DNA of 64,000 nucleotides from Phoronis australis. Its lineage: Eukaryota > Animalia > Phoronida. The stretch spans positions 198,802 to 262,801 of the forward strand of contig NMRA01000585.1 in NCBI GenBank assembly GCA_002633005.1. Direction: 5' to 3'. A model generated the notes under the pieces. The model ran no database searches. It had not been told where the DNA came from and saw only the letters and a list, made by a program, of their open reading frames with translations. The position numbers and the translations under genes are program-made. This document shows, in pieces, positions 1 through 12,142 of the stretch (the stretch's first letter is position 1; each line of letters opens with the position of its first letter).

Positions 1-8
1 TTTGCCAG

Positions 9-3000
9 ACAGGGCACATGCGAAGTGGCTGCTAGGCGACATTGGTAGTGACTGAGTTTAGTTTATGCTAAATTTAACTTTTGAAAAATGCATTCACGGA
101 AGTTACCGTGTGCTCATATTCGATGCTCAAATTGCAAAACTTTTACGCTATTCTTAACTGTGATAAACTCACTGTATTGTCCTTTGTTAGTTGTTCATTT
201 GTTTCTTCTTTACTGACTATACAGATACTGCGAGTTAATTAAAACTTGGCAGCTTAAAAGGATTTCAGCGTGATAGAAAACCACAAATCACCTGTGCTCA
301 AAAATGAGTTATGAAGTGCCACCTAACTGAACACTTTGGGGCTGTTTCTCGGAGGTCTATTGTCTTCTGTCTTTTTTTGCTAAAAATCAGTGCACGGATG
401 GCTTATCCTGTTTTGTGGAATCGAACCAAGGCTGAAAGTTAGAAAATCAGTGTTCAAGTCATAGTAAAAAGTCAGAAATCCATAGTTTGCAGACTAAAAG
501 TCAAAGTCAAGGGACAAAAATCAACTTTTGACTATAGACTCTCCAAAAAACATGTCCCAGATCTCTCCGTGGCATGATTAATTTCTGGTCACTGACTTTC
601 CACCTACATGCGTTATACTATTGATTAACCGCCCCCCTCATCACCATCTCACTTCTGCATCTAGCCACAATGTTGGTTTATGTCCCCTTTTGCATTGAAA
701 GCATCTCGTTTCCTGCCTTTTGCTTATTAATCATTGATGAAGTCAATGAGTGCTTTAATTAAATTAAGTTAATTTCTATCAACAGTTCTTCCCCTGTCTT
801 ATTGATGATGTCAGTTCTTGCCATATTCTCTTGGGAGTCTGGAAGATAATCACATTCAATAAATTAAATGGTGCGAAGATTGGCAGATCCTCTGTAGACA
901 AACATAAAATCCACCGTGTAGTCCCATTTAGATGCTGTTTTTTAGATAATGTTGTTCAATGATGACTTTGTTTTTATTATTTGTTTCTGTAACCAAGTTA
1001 TGTCTGAAGAGAGTCATCAGTCACCGTTTCACTTGATTATTCTTATGGTGTTGCACGTTCTAACAGATAGACTCCGTTGTAGTAAGATAAGTTATTTTTC
1101 TTTTGTTAGCCGTGACTGTCATGAATGTAGGAAGCTTGCCTTGGTCATCTTTGACCCCAACCATGACCTTTGCCCCTGTTGGAGGTACATAATTCTTAAT
1201 ATCATTTTTCGTTTGTGTTAATTTTTAGTTGCTTACCTATATTTTGTTGTTGGCAATACATATTATTTATCTTGTGGGGTTTGTGAAGTTGCAATCTAGT
1301 CACTACTGACGGTGAATCCAAATGACACCACGATAGTTGGGATGGTATTTTATTACATACAAACTGTCATGGAATTTAGTCCATATATGATTTATATTCA
1401 GTGTGGTGTCCTTACTGATGCTATGAGCAGGTACTTGTGTCAATATTCATTGAGTTATAATTCGAGTTGTAATGTGTGGGACTGATGTCACCACAGCAGT
1501 TGTGTCACTAGTATTTTCAGGATATCCCTTTCTTTTCTCAGGCATGGCCTTCGTTGGAGCGCTCCCTCCAGCTGCTTACATGCCAGGTTGGACCTTAAGC
1601 ATTTTATTGCAGTTTACATCTGTTAGTTGATACCTAAGTCATGTTTTAATAAAGGCTCCGCAGCATATGTTTGAAGTAATTCACCAAGTATGACTATCTA
1701 GATTATTGTCAAGCTGTTTTTTGTTATGTATGGTGCATCATTCTTTCTTTATTTTGCAAGCTGCGGGATTGAGTAACCCAATTGGGGGAACACCAAACTC
1801 CCTTCTCAAACAACATTTAACTCAAGCTCGTAAGTAATGCCCTGTAGTTCATCCCCAGCTTAGCACTCACATCCAAACTGAAATAAAATTGAAGATCTAT
1901 GACTGTTTTTTCACCGCATTTGCTCCCAAGTGTATAGGAAACCTGTTGTGCTATGACTAAAACTACATAGATAAAGAATGTTGTTTCTCTCCACCAGCTG
2001 TGATGGGCTATTATATGCCGCACATGCCAGTGGCAGCTGGGGGCCAAATACAGGGAGCTGTCCCCGCCATGCCTGGTCCTATGCCAGGTATACAGCCACC
2101 CTCTTACCACATGGCCATGGTCGGCTCGGGTGTGGTACCTACGGGTGAGTAAACTCCATTGTGTTCTCTTTGGGGAGCCAATAAGGCACTCTTAATGACA
2201 ACCCACCTTCACCCTTGAAAATTTCTTGTAAAGTGAGCAGTATGTAGATACATAAAGGCTCTGTTGTTGTAGGTAAATTTTGATATCTGTGAAGAATGTT
2301 TGAAACAGTGAATGCTGTCTTGTGGGCATCCTGGTATTCGTTTATTCTTGTCAATGATTTACCAGGTCACACAGTTCAAACTGAGGCTCAGTCCATACCT
2401 GTAATCATCAAAACATCTGACAACAACGAGACAAAAGGTATTCCCCCAGTGCTAGACCTGCTGTGACCTCAATTAGTTCACTGGAGCAGCACTTTTTGTT
2501 TCATGCTTTATTGATTTGCTGAAAGCCTTTGATAGTGTTTTCACACTAAATGAGCTTGCTTTATCAAGTTGCGAGAAGTTGGAGTGTTTGATTCAGTAGC
2601 TAGTGTTTATTGTTTGTGAATACTAATAGCTGTGGTGTGCATGGTGACTGTATTTCATCTTAGTAAACAATGGTGCCATTAGTTATCTTGAAAACCTTTA
2701 AGATCTGTGCACATTTGAACTTGGAAATGTGCATATTTCCGTATTGAACACAACGTGTCCTCCATGTTAAAAATGTATAGAAACCAAGTTTAGTTTGCTT
2801 TACGCTTCAAACAAGGAATGTAATGTAGCCGATACATTTTTGTTGCACTTGTTCAATCTGAGCATGATGTTGTATTGTTTGTGGCATGAATTTCCCCTAA
2901 ATGTATCTTTGTCTTCCATCAGCCAGCATCATAGATCTGGGTAATTACTTTCCGGCTGGCTCTCCAAGTCTGAAAAGGGGTGAGTTGGCCTTTGACCATC

Positions 3001-6000
3001 TTTTGCAGTGCAGTGCTGTTAATTTGCCCCCAACTTGATATTCTCCACTAATGTTAGAATAAAGATAAGGTAAACTAGCATGATGAAATTTATGACTTTT
3101 GTTTTGATTATCACTCATGATCTCAAAGGCTTGTCACTGGCTTTAAACACTGCTTACTCCTGCATGCCTCAGCTAAGGGACGTACCCTGCAAGAACTTGC
3201 TGCTTCACCGCCCTCCGTGTCTGTCGCTTCGTCTAACCCTGCCTCTGTTGAAGACTCTGCTCCCCCTGTTGAGAACGCTCTTGATCTTTCGGCTGCTGAC
3301 GATTGCAGTGAACTAGGTCAGTGGGTCACAATTGTAGAATCCTTTTGATAAGTGTTTTGCGACTGCTGACTTCACATTTTGTCATCTTTCTGGTATGTAA
3401 TTCGATTAGTGCATCTTAAGATTTTGGCAGGTGGATTAAGACTACTCTTTCTGAGTTACCAAGCTTCCTTTCTAATATACACAACTCTTCTGGTTGTCGC
3501 TTTTAGCTTTCTACGTACCGAGAAGAGGCAAACTTGCTGTAGCCTTTCAATATTACCAAGTAATTGTGTTTTTCTAGGTAATTTGTAGCCATTTATTACA
3601 ACCAATCTTCTGAAACAAAATTAAATAAGTTTTAGTCAACGATATCTGTATTACAATAGACTCACCTTCTCTACCTTATTCCTTGAATTAAGAATTATTT
3701 TACCATCTTGACTGAGAACTCGTAGAGTTTTATAGCTGCCAGTAAAATACAATGAGTTGGTCTAGTTGCGATTGTACTTGTAAAAGTCTTGTTAGATTAA
3801 AGTTGGTTCTGCTCTCTGGATTTTGTTTTGAATGAGTTGGTGGTGTAGTATTTTTTTTTTTTTTTTGGTTGCTTACTTGTTCATAGAATATACTTGAGAC
3901 AAGCAAAAATGATGGGGGATTTTTTTACTATTCACTTGGCAAATCATGGCGCTACGAACCTTGCTTACATGCCTTTGTGCCTCTTTTCAAAAAAGCAGGA
4001 GACCATGGCTGAAATTTATTTGGGCAGGTGTTTTGTTTTTCTTTTTGGTCGATAAGCACATGCCTCAAAATGAGTCGGGGAGGGGATTACAGAGTATGCT
4101 TATTTTTGGCTTTCTATTATTTATTATGGAGATTGCTTTTTCTGATTACAGTTTGGCAGAAAGGGGAAAGGGTGAAAATTTTATGACAACTGGAGCAGAG
4201 AGCAGTTCAAATTAATTTTGTTAACTTATGACCCTGTAATGCGGCACTGAATCAATCTTACAAAAATACAGCAATGAGAAATTTGGACATTCCTTTTCTG
4301 CAGAATATCTTGTTTAGCTTGTTACTAATCCTTTCACTGGTCATTCTAGCCTCAGGATCACCAGCCAAAGCAGTGTTAAACACATCAGCACCACCGAGTC
4401 CAGGGAAATGTAAGCACTGATCAGCAGTTAGCCAACTTGGCTGTACTGCTCAAGCATTTGAAATTTAAGTTGAATTCTAAGCTTCTGTATAAAACTATGC
4501 TTTTTATTGTCTACTGATTGTTTGCATTGATTGATGATTCGTTTTCTTATTTTACAGTATAATCGTGGTCGTTTATCTTATTCTGTGTATTTCTTTTGCA
4601 AGCTATCTCCGGACGTGCCAGTCCAGCGTCCACTACGGGTGACTCAGGTGACTAGACACTCGCTGTTGTGATGTTGCATTTTATGATTTGTAGACGGCGA
4701 CGCGAGAGCAGGCCAGGACACCCCCTAGTTATGTGTGCACTACCCGTGTTTATGTTGATCGACCTGGTGTACATATTGAATGGTGGCTAGTATTTCTGAA
4801 GGTCTTTACCAGGGCTCCACAGCCCCTTTTGATGTGAGCATGACCCGGGAAAATGTATTTGTCACTGTGAATGTGTGTGGTTGGATAGAGCGAGTGCTGG
4901 CGTTTAGCCTGGTGTAAGCCAGTAAGTGTATAAATGACAGTAGAAGACTTGGTTGAATTTCTTTAGTGGGATTTTCACTTACTTGTCCATCATTTTAGGA
5001 TTTGACGGTTTTGGAGAAGTTTTACAGCCACAGAAAAATGAGCCACAGATGAAACCACAGCAGCAGAAACTATTCCACGACAACGTCGACACAAGCTTAG
5101 CGTCGCTAGCAGACAACCTAGCCATTAACCCCTCAGCACAGGTTAAAAAGTGAGTGTGTTTCTAAAGTTCATTTGTTTCCCACTTAGATTTAGCCAGTAG
5201 CGTCACAATTCTTTAGACTGTACGCAGAACTACCTTGGTATGACAGGCTTCTTAAATGTCAGGGTCAAAAGTTGAACAATTCATTCTAATGTTCCTTCTC
5301 TTTGGACCCGTTTCATCGAAAGTGGTATGCGTAATGGTAACCTACTATTTTTAAGTCTTGAGTACAACCTATGATCGAACTTCCATAGCTTACAATGTTT
5401 TGTTTTCTTTAGAACACAATATCTTATTCACGGTCACATGCCTAAAACATCCCTAGTTATGACCTATCGTATCAAGTTTGACAAAAGCAAGCTTTGGGAA
5501 TATTGAAGTAGCAACGAATTACATTCTCTGTGCGACTACCTTGTTCCAACGATGCAAGCATGCATTCTAACAGCTGATTTTGGTGTGAGCTAGATGTCTT
5601 TTCAGTTATTTTACATAATTTGACGTTTACCCTCAGACAACCTCTGCAGTGGAAACCACAGGGTGAGAAGGTGAAGACAGGGGGTGCCAACTTCCAACAA
5701 ATGAGCATGTCCAGCTCCACAACCACAGCCTGGCAACAGAATGCTGCCCCTATGATGGTGAGTGAGACAGGATTCCTACGTGCCTGGTCTATGGTAATTA
5801 CATGTACAGCGCTGCACAATTTTGCTCAAGGCTGTACAATGTAGCGCTATATTGTACAGTACTGTTCAAGATGCCATCTTAATTGATCCCAGAAGTCCAT
5901 GTTCTACAGACTCCAGTGATAAGAACACTGAAAAGGCGCTTGGCATTCTGGGTAAACTCTTCATTTTTTAAAACTACTGTAGAGATAACTAAGTTTCATT

Positions 6001-7067
6001 ATCGTAGGAGTTTCTCTTTGGGACCACACTAAGTTTCTTCCAGTTAATGATTTGGAAATGGCCCTATTTTGTTTTACCTATAAATATTTTTGTTCTGCTG
6101 GACCATCAGAGCAATAATAAATGGTGGCGATTTCTTGCAAGTGACTAGACAGTTGTGAGCATACTGCAGGTGTTGGTAAGGTGATGTCGTCCCTTTTCTA
6201 GATGCAGCCAGGTATGATGAGCTATGGGCAACCTGCAATGGCTATGCAACAGCCATACATGGTGAGTGATGGTACAATATGTTGATCATTTTATGATTGG
6301 GTTTTGTAGCTTATAGTCATGTTAACGAAAGGAACCTCGAGTGAATATGACTAAGAATACTACAATGAAAGAGCTTCAATACCCAAGGTTTTTATGAGGA
6401 AGTGACCATAACAATTTAGAATGGCTGTAAGGGTATTAGATAATGGTCTAAATTTATTCACCGTTCCAATATTTCCCAGCAGTTTTGATGCTATGCGTTG
6501 TAGATTAGTTGTACTTGCACTGTTTTTGCCAATGTTAAGTAATGATTTGCTTTTTGACTGGCCAAATGCTGTGAGTTATCTGTCACCCATCTCCATTGTA
6601 CTTGCGTCGTCTGTGTGTTATCTGTCACCCATCTCCATTGTACTTGCATCGTCTGTGAGTTATCTGTCACCCATCTCCATTGTACTTGCATCGTCTGTGA
6701 GTTATCTGTCACCCATCTCCATTGTACTTGCGTCGTCTGTGTTCTACGTGTCACCCATCTCGATTTAACTTTCATCATCTGTTTGTTATCTGTCGTCCAT
6801 CTCCATTGTACTTGCATCCTCTGTGCGTTATGTGTCACCCATCTCTATTGTACTTACATCTTTTGTCTCCAGCAGGCTGGCATGCACCCTCGTCCAGTGG
6901 GAATGCAGCCAGTTGGCATGGCGCCCATGATGATGCAGCCAATGGGAGGAGCATATCCAATGGGCATGCCTGTTCAGCCTCAGTTTGGCATGGCTGGACA
7001 GCCCATCCAGCAACCCCAACAACAGGCGACCCGGCAGATGCAGCCGAATGACCCATTTGGATTGTGA
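9..7067 (+). CDS. PICALM: Phosphatidylinositol-binding clathrin assembly protein (PICALM/AP180/lap family), 3' exons; the 5' ANTH domain lies outside the window
   Basis: Manually spliced AG/GT exons: 9-44, 1110-1184, 1542-1586, 1761-1829, 1998-2144, 2366-2437, 2923-2979, 3173-3316, 4350-4409, 4603-4647, 4999-5149, 5637-5757, 6202-6261, 6873-7067 (TGA). Phases are compatible. The C-terminus has family hallmarks: DTSLASLADNLAI, QWKPQGEKVKTGGANFQ, an M/Q/P-rich tail and terminal DPFGL. The upstream small exons are less certain. Confidence 0.88.
4999..5149 (+). CDS. PICALM: PICALM/AP180 exon (GFDGFGEVLQP...DTSLASLADNLAINP)
   Basis: cattttag acceptor and AA|gtgagt donor; matches the conserved DLDSSLA-L--NL-I helix of CALM/AP180. 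Confidence 0.9.
5637..5757 (+). CDS. PICALM: PICALM/AP180 exon (QWKPQGEKVKTGGANFQ...TTAW)
   Basis: cctcag acceptor and ATG|gtgagt donor; resembles the CALM EKKLTGGSNWQ...TTAW motif. Confidence 0.9.
6569..6866. repeat. 42-bp intronic minisatellite, about 7 copies (ctgtgagttatctgtcacccatctccattgtacttgcrtcgt)
   Basis: Direct tandem units visible; the later copies diverge. Confidence 0.95.
6873..7067 (+). CDS. PICALM: PICALM/AP180 last coding exon ending DPFGL*
   Basis: ctccag|cag NAGNAG acceptor, M/P/Q-rich peptide, TGA stop. Confidence 0.88.
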   Translation, partial: QAGMHPRPVGMQPVGMAPMMMQPMGGAYPMGMPVQPQFGMAGQPIQQPQQQATRQMQPNDPFGL

Positions 7068-8363
7068 TAGTATGTTCGCTCTTTGTAAAGTAAGTGCTCG
7101 TCTTTGTGTGTGCGTGTGACTGCCATCAATCGATTGCATTTTCATCCATCATCTTGTCATTTTGAGGAGAAAGATCATTGTTTTGCTGTTGATGATGCTA
7201 AAAGCACAATCGTTCTCGAAGCCAATGGCATATACATGTTGTGACAACCAAGGGCTGTCATCTGCTTCACAGTGGTGTGGAGTAATAGTTGCACTATATA
7301 TATGTATATATCATTGTTATGATAGCGCATAAGGTTGTCGAAGTTCGATTGTACATTAATATTCTTACAACTATCTTAAGAACTGGATAAAATATCTACT
7401 GAAGCTCTCAAGTAACCAAAATGTGCAAAGCTCGATGTATGACAGGGACACGATCTGTCATAGAGATGTCCTATAACACTTGTTGCAAATACTGCAATGA
7501 GCAATAAGCTTGTGAGCTGAAACACCGTAAGGTGCACGTATGTCATTTAGCCTGAACAAGCAGTGGTTACGATTGTGTGTTTAGCTGAACACCACAGTTT
7601 CAGAATATTTCTAATTCATTCAGTTTTATTCACTTGGACGTGTGGTGAGAACGCTGGGGTCATTTTCATGTGTGGTTTTTCATAGTTTGTTAACCAAGCA
7701 TATTATTTAGACCTGTGTTTTGTTTAACCAGGGGTGTTATTTAGAGCAATCAATTGGTGATATTGGGTTCCCGTTACTGTTATTATTTTGTATTTATATG
7801 ACTTGTGTAATCTTAGGTCCGATAAGTGAGTAATGTAGAGATGTCTATATCTTACTGATTTTATGCTAAATCATAACACCACTTAATGTATGTGTGGTGT
7901 TGAAATTAACAGTAAAAATGGCATTGTTCAGTTTTTGAAAAAGTTCAATAAGGTTTCCTCAACTATTCTAGTGTTAGTGTATTTATCAACTTGCCAGTTG
8001 AGAATGTGTTGCATTTTGGCTACTGCAAATTAGTGCTTCTAATCTTTTTTATGTTCTGGTTAAATTAATGGCACACTAAGGTTGTTTAATTAGTCTCTAC
8101 ATTAGCAACATATTAGTTCTCAAATAAATATAATATATAAGAATTGAAAATAAGGAAGTTGACACATCAAAAATGAATCTCACTTCAACCTAAAATACTT
8201 TAATGCCCTTAAATTAGTTATAAACTCACCTTTCATCACAAAAAAACAAATTTTAATTTAGACCACTTAAAATCCTGAAAGTGGTCTTGGATTGTTCCTG
8301 TCAAATTGGAGATGATTTCAGAGCTTCTGAAGACCTGTCAATCTTTACAGACTGACTTGTCAC

Positions 8364-9250
8364 GGATGTATATGGATGTATCCAAACGTGCTAGGATTTA
8401 ATGGTAGCCATGGGTACAGGCAAATGAATATGGATGTACCCAAACATGCTAAGATGTGTTGGTAGCCTTTGGTACTGCCAAATTAACATGGATGTATCCA
8501 AACATGCTCGGATTTAATGGTAGTCATGGGTACAGCCAAATGAATGTGGTTATACCAAAATGTGCTTAGAGGTGTTAGTAGCCTTGGGTACAGCCAAATG
8601 AATATGGAAGTACCCAAACATACCAAGTGTGACGGGACGTTCGTAACTTTACGCTTATTGTTATTCTTATTTAGTTGCAAATGTTCAGTTATTCTTATGC
8701 TAATGTCTTTGTTGCGCCTTTGTTACGTGGGCATGTGGGCGCGACTGTATGTGTCGGGCACTTCGCTAGCGACAGGCTTAGGAGAAGGGTGTTTCCTTCT
8801 TTTGCTTTCATGGAAAGTTGATCGTTATCATGTGCAAATTGAACTGAAACGAATGCCTGATGAGAGAAAATACATANGTTGGTAGCCTTTGGTACTGCCA
8901 AATTAACATGGATGTATCCAAACATGCTAGGATTTAATGGTAGTCATGGGTACAGCCAAATGAATGTGGTTATACCAAAATGTGCTTAGAGGTGTTAGCC
9001 TTGGGTACAGCCAAATGAATATGGAAGTACCCAAACATACCAAGATTTAGTGGTAGCCTTGGGTACAGCCAAATGAATATGGGTGAACCTAAACGTGCTA
9101 AGATATGTTGGTAGCTTTGAGTACAGTCTAAGGAATGTGCGTGTACCCAAACATACTAATATTTGTCTATAGCTTTGGGTACAGTCAAATGAAAGTGATT
9201 TCACCCAGACATGCATGATTTGAGATTTCTTAGTGGTTGGGTTCAATCAA
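8364..9250. repeat. ~58-bp minisatellite (ggtagccttgggtacagccaaatgaatatggatgtacccaaacatgctaagat..), interrupted
   Basis: Roughly 10 degenerate tandem copies, with an unrelated insert and an N at 8628-8877. Confidence 0.92.
8628..8876 (+). mobile_element. Probable LTR fragment inserted in the minisatellite, truncated at an assembly gap
   Basis: Starts TGTGACGG exactly where the repeat unit (…cataccaag) breaks; unrelated to the flanks; ends at N. Confidence 0.45.
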
Positions 9251-12136
9251 ATCAGGGCATACCCTAGGCTGAATCTCTTGAATTCTCTGGGGTACATGAA
9301 ATGGAACTTTGTTTTTTCAATCTTTTAATGATGAAAAAGTCTATTCTGACTAATAACTTGTTTTTAATAAAATACGTAGTCACTTTATCTTATAAAGATA
9401 TTTCAGCTTTAAGAGGACATTAAACCCTATTTCTTTGGTCTACTCCAGAACAGGCTCTGTCACATGCTATTGCATGTAATTAGTGTATTTCTGAGGTAAA
9501 AGCGTTACTCTCCTATACCCTTGCTCACAAAGTGAGCCCAGTACTATGAGCGGCAGCATTCTTTTCCCAAAGCCATCCAAGATTGGCCTCAAGCATTAGT
9601 CACACTTGTCCATTAAAGCGACTATAAACCTGCCTTCCACCACAAAAAACGCATTTGATTTAGACAACGTAGTGTTACGAAATTGTTCTCAAAATGGTCC
9701 TTTGTCAAACCGGTGATGATTTCTTTTTTTTGTTAGAATTGCCTCAGACAAAGCTCTTCAACTTGGGTTGTCATGGCTTTTCATTTTATGCCCTCCCTTG
9801 GTTACTTACAGGATTCTTGCTTTATTATTCCAGGTTCACACGTTCACAGCTATGTGTGATGTAGCATGCTGTTTATCATATATGTCACCGGTGTCGGACA
9901 CCAGCCTACTGAACATGCTGTACACCTTGTGGCCACGAGGGGGCAGTAGGGATGTCCTTGTACTCTCAAAGGTCATGGTGTAAAGCAAACTGAACAAAGC
10001 TGTGATTTCTGGTCACACTAAAGAGAAAGCTGTACATAAGTGTATGAATATACATTGTAAAACGCTTGATGTCTGTTTACAGTATTGTGTATATAGTGAC
10101 TAATATTCAATGTGTCCTGTGAAGTACCATGTATTAGTTTAGTATTGTTGTCATGTCATTTGTGGCGGTACATCAACTTTGATAATGAAAGTTATTATAA
10201 TTGTTGTTATTAGTACGAGTTCACATGTGTGCTGTAAATGAGAATGCTTGATGTGCCGAACTCAGGTATCCCAAAGTTTGATTGTGTCTTGTCACATGAA
10301 GACATAAAGCTGATCAGTGCTCCATTCGTTTTGTGGCTTCAAGAGTTCTGGGTTCTGGGTTAACCCACTGGAGAGTACCCCTGAAAGGTGTGACTGGCCG
10401 AGTGGAAGACCCCACGCAGAGTATATTTATCGACAATTAACTGCTCCCAACTACAGTATATTTGTAATTGTTTAGATCCATACTAGGGTCGAAATGTTAA
10501 AAAATTCAGTAGGTCATAATTTGCTGGTAATGACCTGTTGAGGAATTTTGTCTCTGGATAAAACCTAGAATGGGTAGATACTTCAAGTCTTCTGTGGCAT
10601 CGCTTTGTCAGCAATACCATACTCGAAATTTGTTATTTATTGTCGACTGTCGTTAAGGGTGAAATTTGTATGTAATGTGAGGAATCTGTCAATCTGCTGA
10701 CAACTTGCTGCAGCCTAGGCATTTTGTACAGTGCATGAAATGTGCAATTTGTGAACCAGTAGAACTATTGTTGGCCACTATTGCCTGCATAGTCGAGCCA
10801 AGATAGCTGTGTTGTGTCATTACTGTTAAGTCTCCTGGAGCATCCAGTGTTTATTGTGACTGGTGTTTCCGCCACCCTCATCATGCGTGTCAGTCTCTGT
10901 GGATCATTGGTAGTTAGTAGTTTAGTCAGTATACAATGCTTGTTTAGCGTCTACAGTTATGTCACATTCCAGGCTGCTTGCTCTGCTGAGTGGCTAGAAT
11001 ACTTAGTTACATGTTTGTGTGATGTGATTAGGCCGGATCAGAGGTATAGACGACCAGGGTAAACATTCTCTTCATTGCTTTCACGTTTCTGTCCTGTTTC
11101 TGTCGACCGCTGATTTCAGACTCATGACTTGCACCATTTAAGCCTCAGTCACACTGGCACTAATGCAAGGCTGATACGGGTTTAGTCCTGCCCTGGAAAA
11201 CTGGGAAACTAGACCTCTGGAGTTTACTTAATAGTTTTGCAAGGTAATCCAGTACTATTAAAAGTTTCTTTTTGCTAGTTTTGGTAGCAGTGTGACTCCA
11301 GCTTACATACTTGCCTGGTCCCGTGTTTCTGCCCCAGAGGTCCTTCTGGGGGGAGTGCATGATCTCTTTAACGGGCACGCTCTTGAATCTCTTCATGTTC
11401 TTTGATATCGGCAGTGTTTGCATTCTATAATTGTGCATTTTCATCTGATATTTACACAATGCACTCTGAGTTGATTTCCGAATTGGCCATAATGTTTTCC
11501 TCAGGTTTTTGTTTACATGAAAAACAAGACAATAGCATCATAGTTTGTTGGAAGTAATTCACGGATTAAGAGTCGTGAGGATGAGTTTAGGTAAAAAATA
11601 AAGTTCACAATTCAGTAATGTCTTTGTAAAAGATCAAATGACTCAAGTTATGACAGTGTCCTCAGAATCTTGGCAGGATATTGTTCCTATTTGTACTGTT
11701 GTCTCCTCAATTTGGGAAGTAAAACTTGTCAGCAAATGGTGAAGTGACCATATCGCCGTCCCAAAAAATTAACAACTGAGAATTTAAGAGTCAATGGTCA
11801 AGGCGTTTCCTATGTCACAAAGATGTTGTTTAGAGATTGGCTTCAGGTACATGGTTTAGTGATCTGGCCACCTTAACTCGATTGTGTTCAGGTTTAGGAT
11901 GTAAAGTTGCATGACTGGTTTCAGCTGTTGATGGTACAGTGTACATCGCTGATTGAAAATGGCTGGTCGTCTGAACACTGTTGTCTGTTGAAGCCACTAC
12001 TTAGTGTGTTGCAAAGTTTGTACTAAATGTGTCATTGTTTTTCGTGTATTGATTGTAAAGACTATAGTGTACAGTTGAACTATTTACTTGGATGTATAAG
12101 AAAGAGTAATTTTGTGATAGTGCTACAGAGGATTAT

Positions 12137-12142
12137 AATAAA
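12137..12142 (+). terminator. Candidate distal polyadenylation signal of PICALM
   Basis: AATAAA followed by a U-rich stretch, at the end of the T/G-skewed region downstream of the stop; a proximal AATAAA is at 8123. Confidence 0.45.

Noticed and set aside
6421-6838. Repetitive ORFs (YLSPISIVLASSV / QVQWRWVTDN)
   Set aside because: By-products of the 42-bp intronic minisatellite
8364-9250. CRISPR-like appearance of regularly spaced repeats
   Set aside because: Units are contiguous and degenerate with no unique spacers; eukaryotic context; no cas genes
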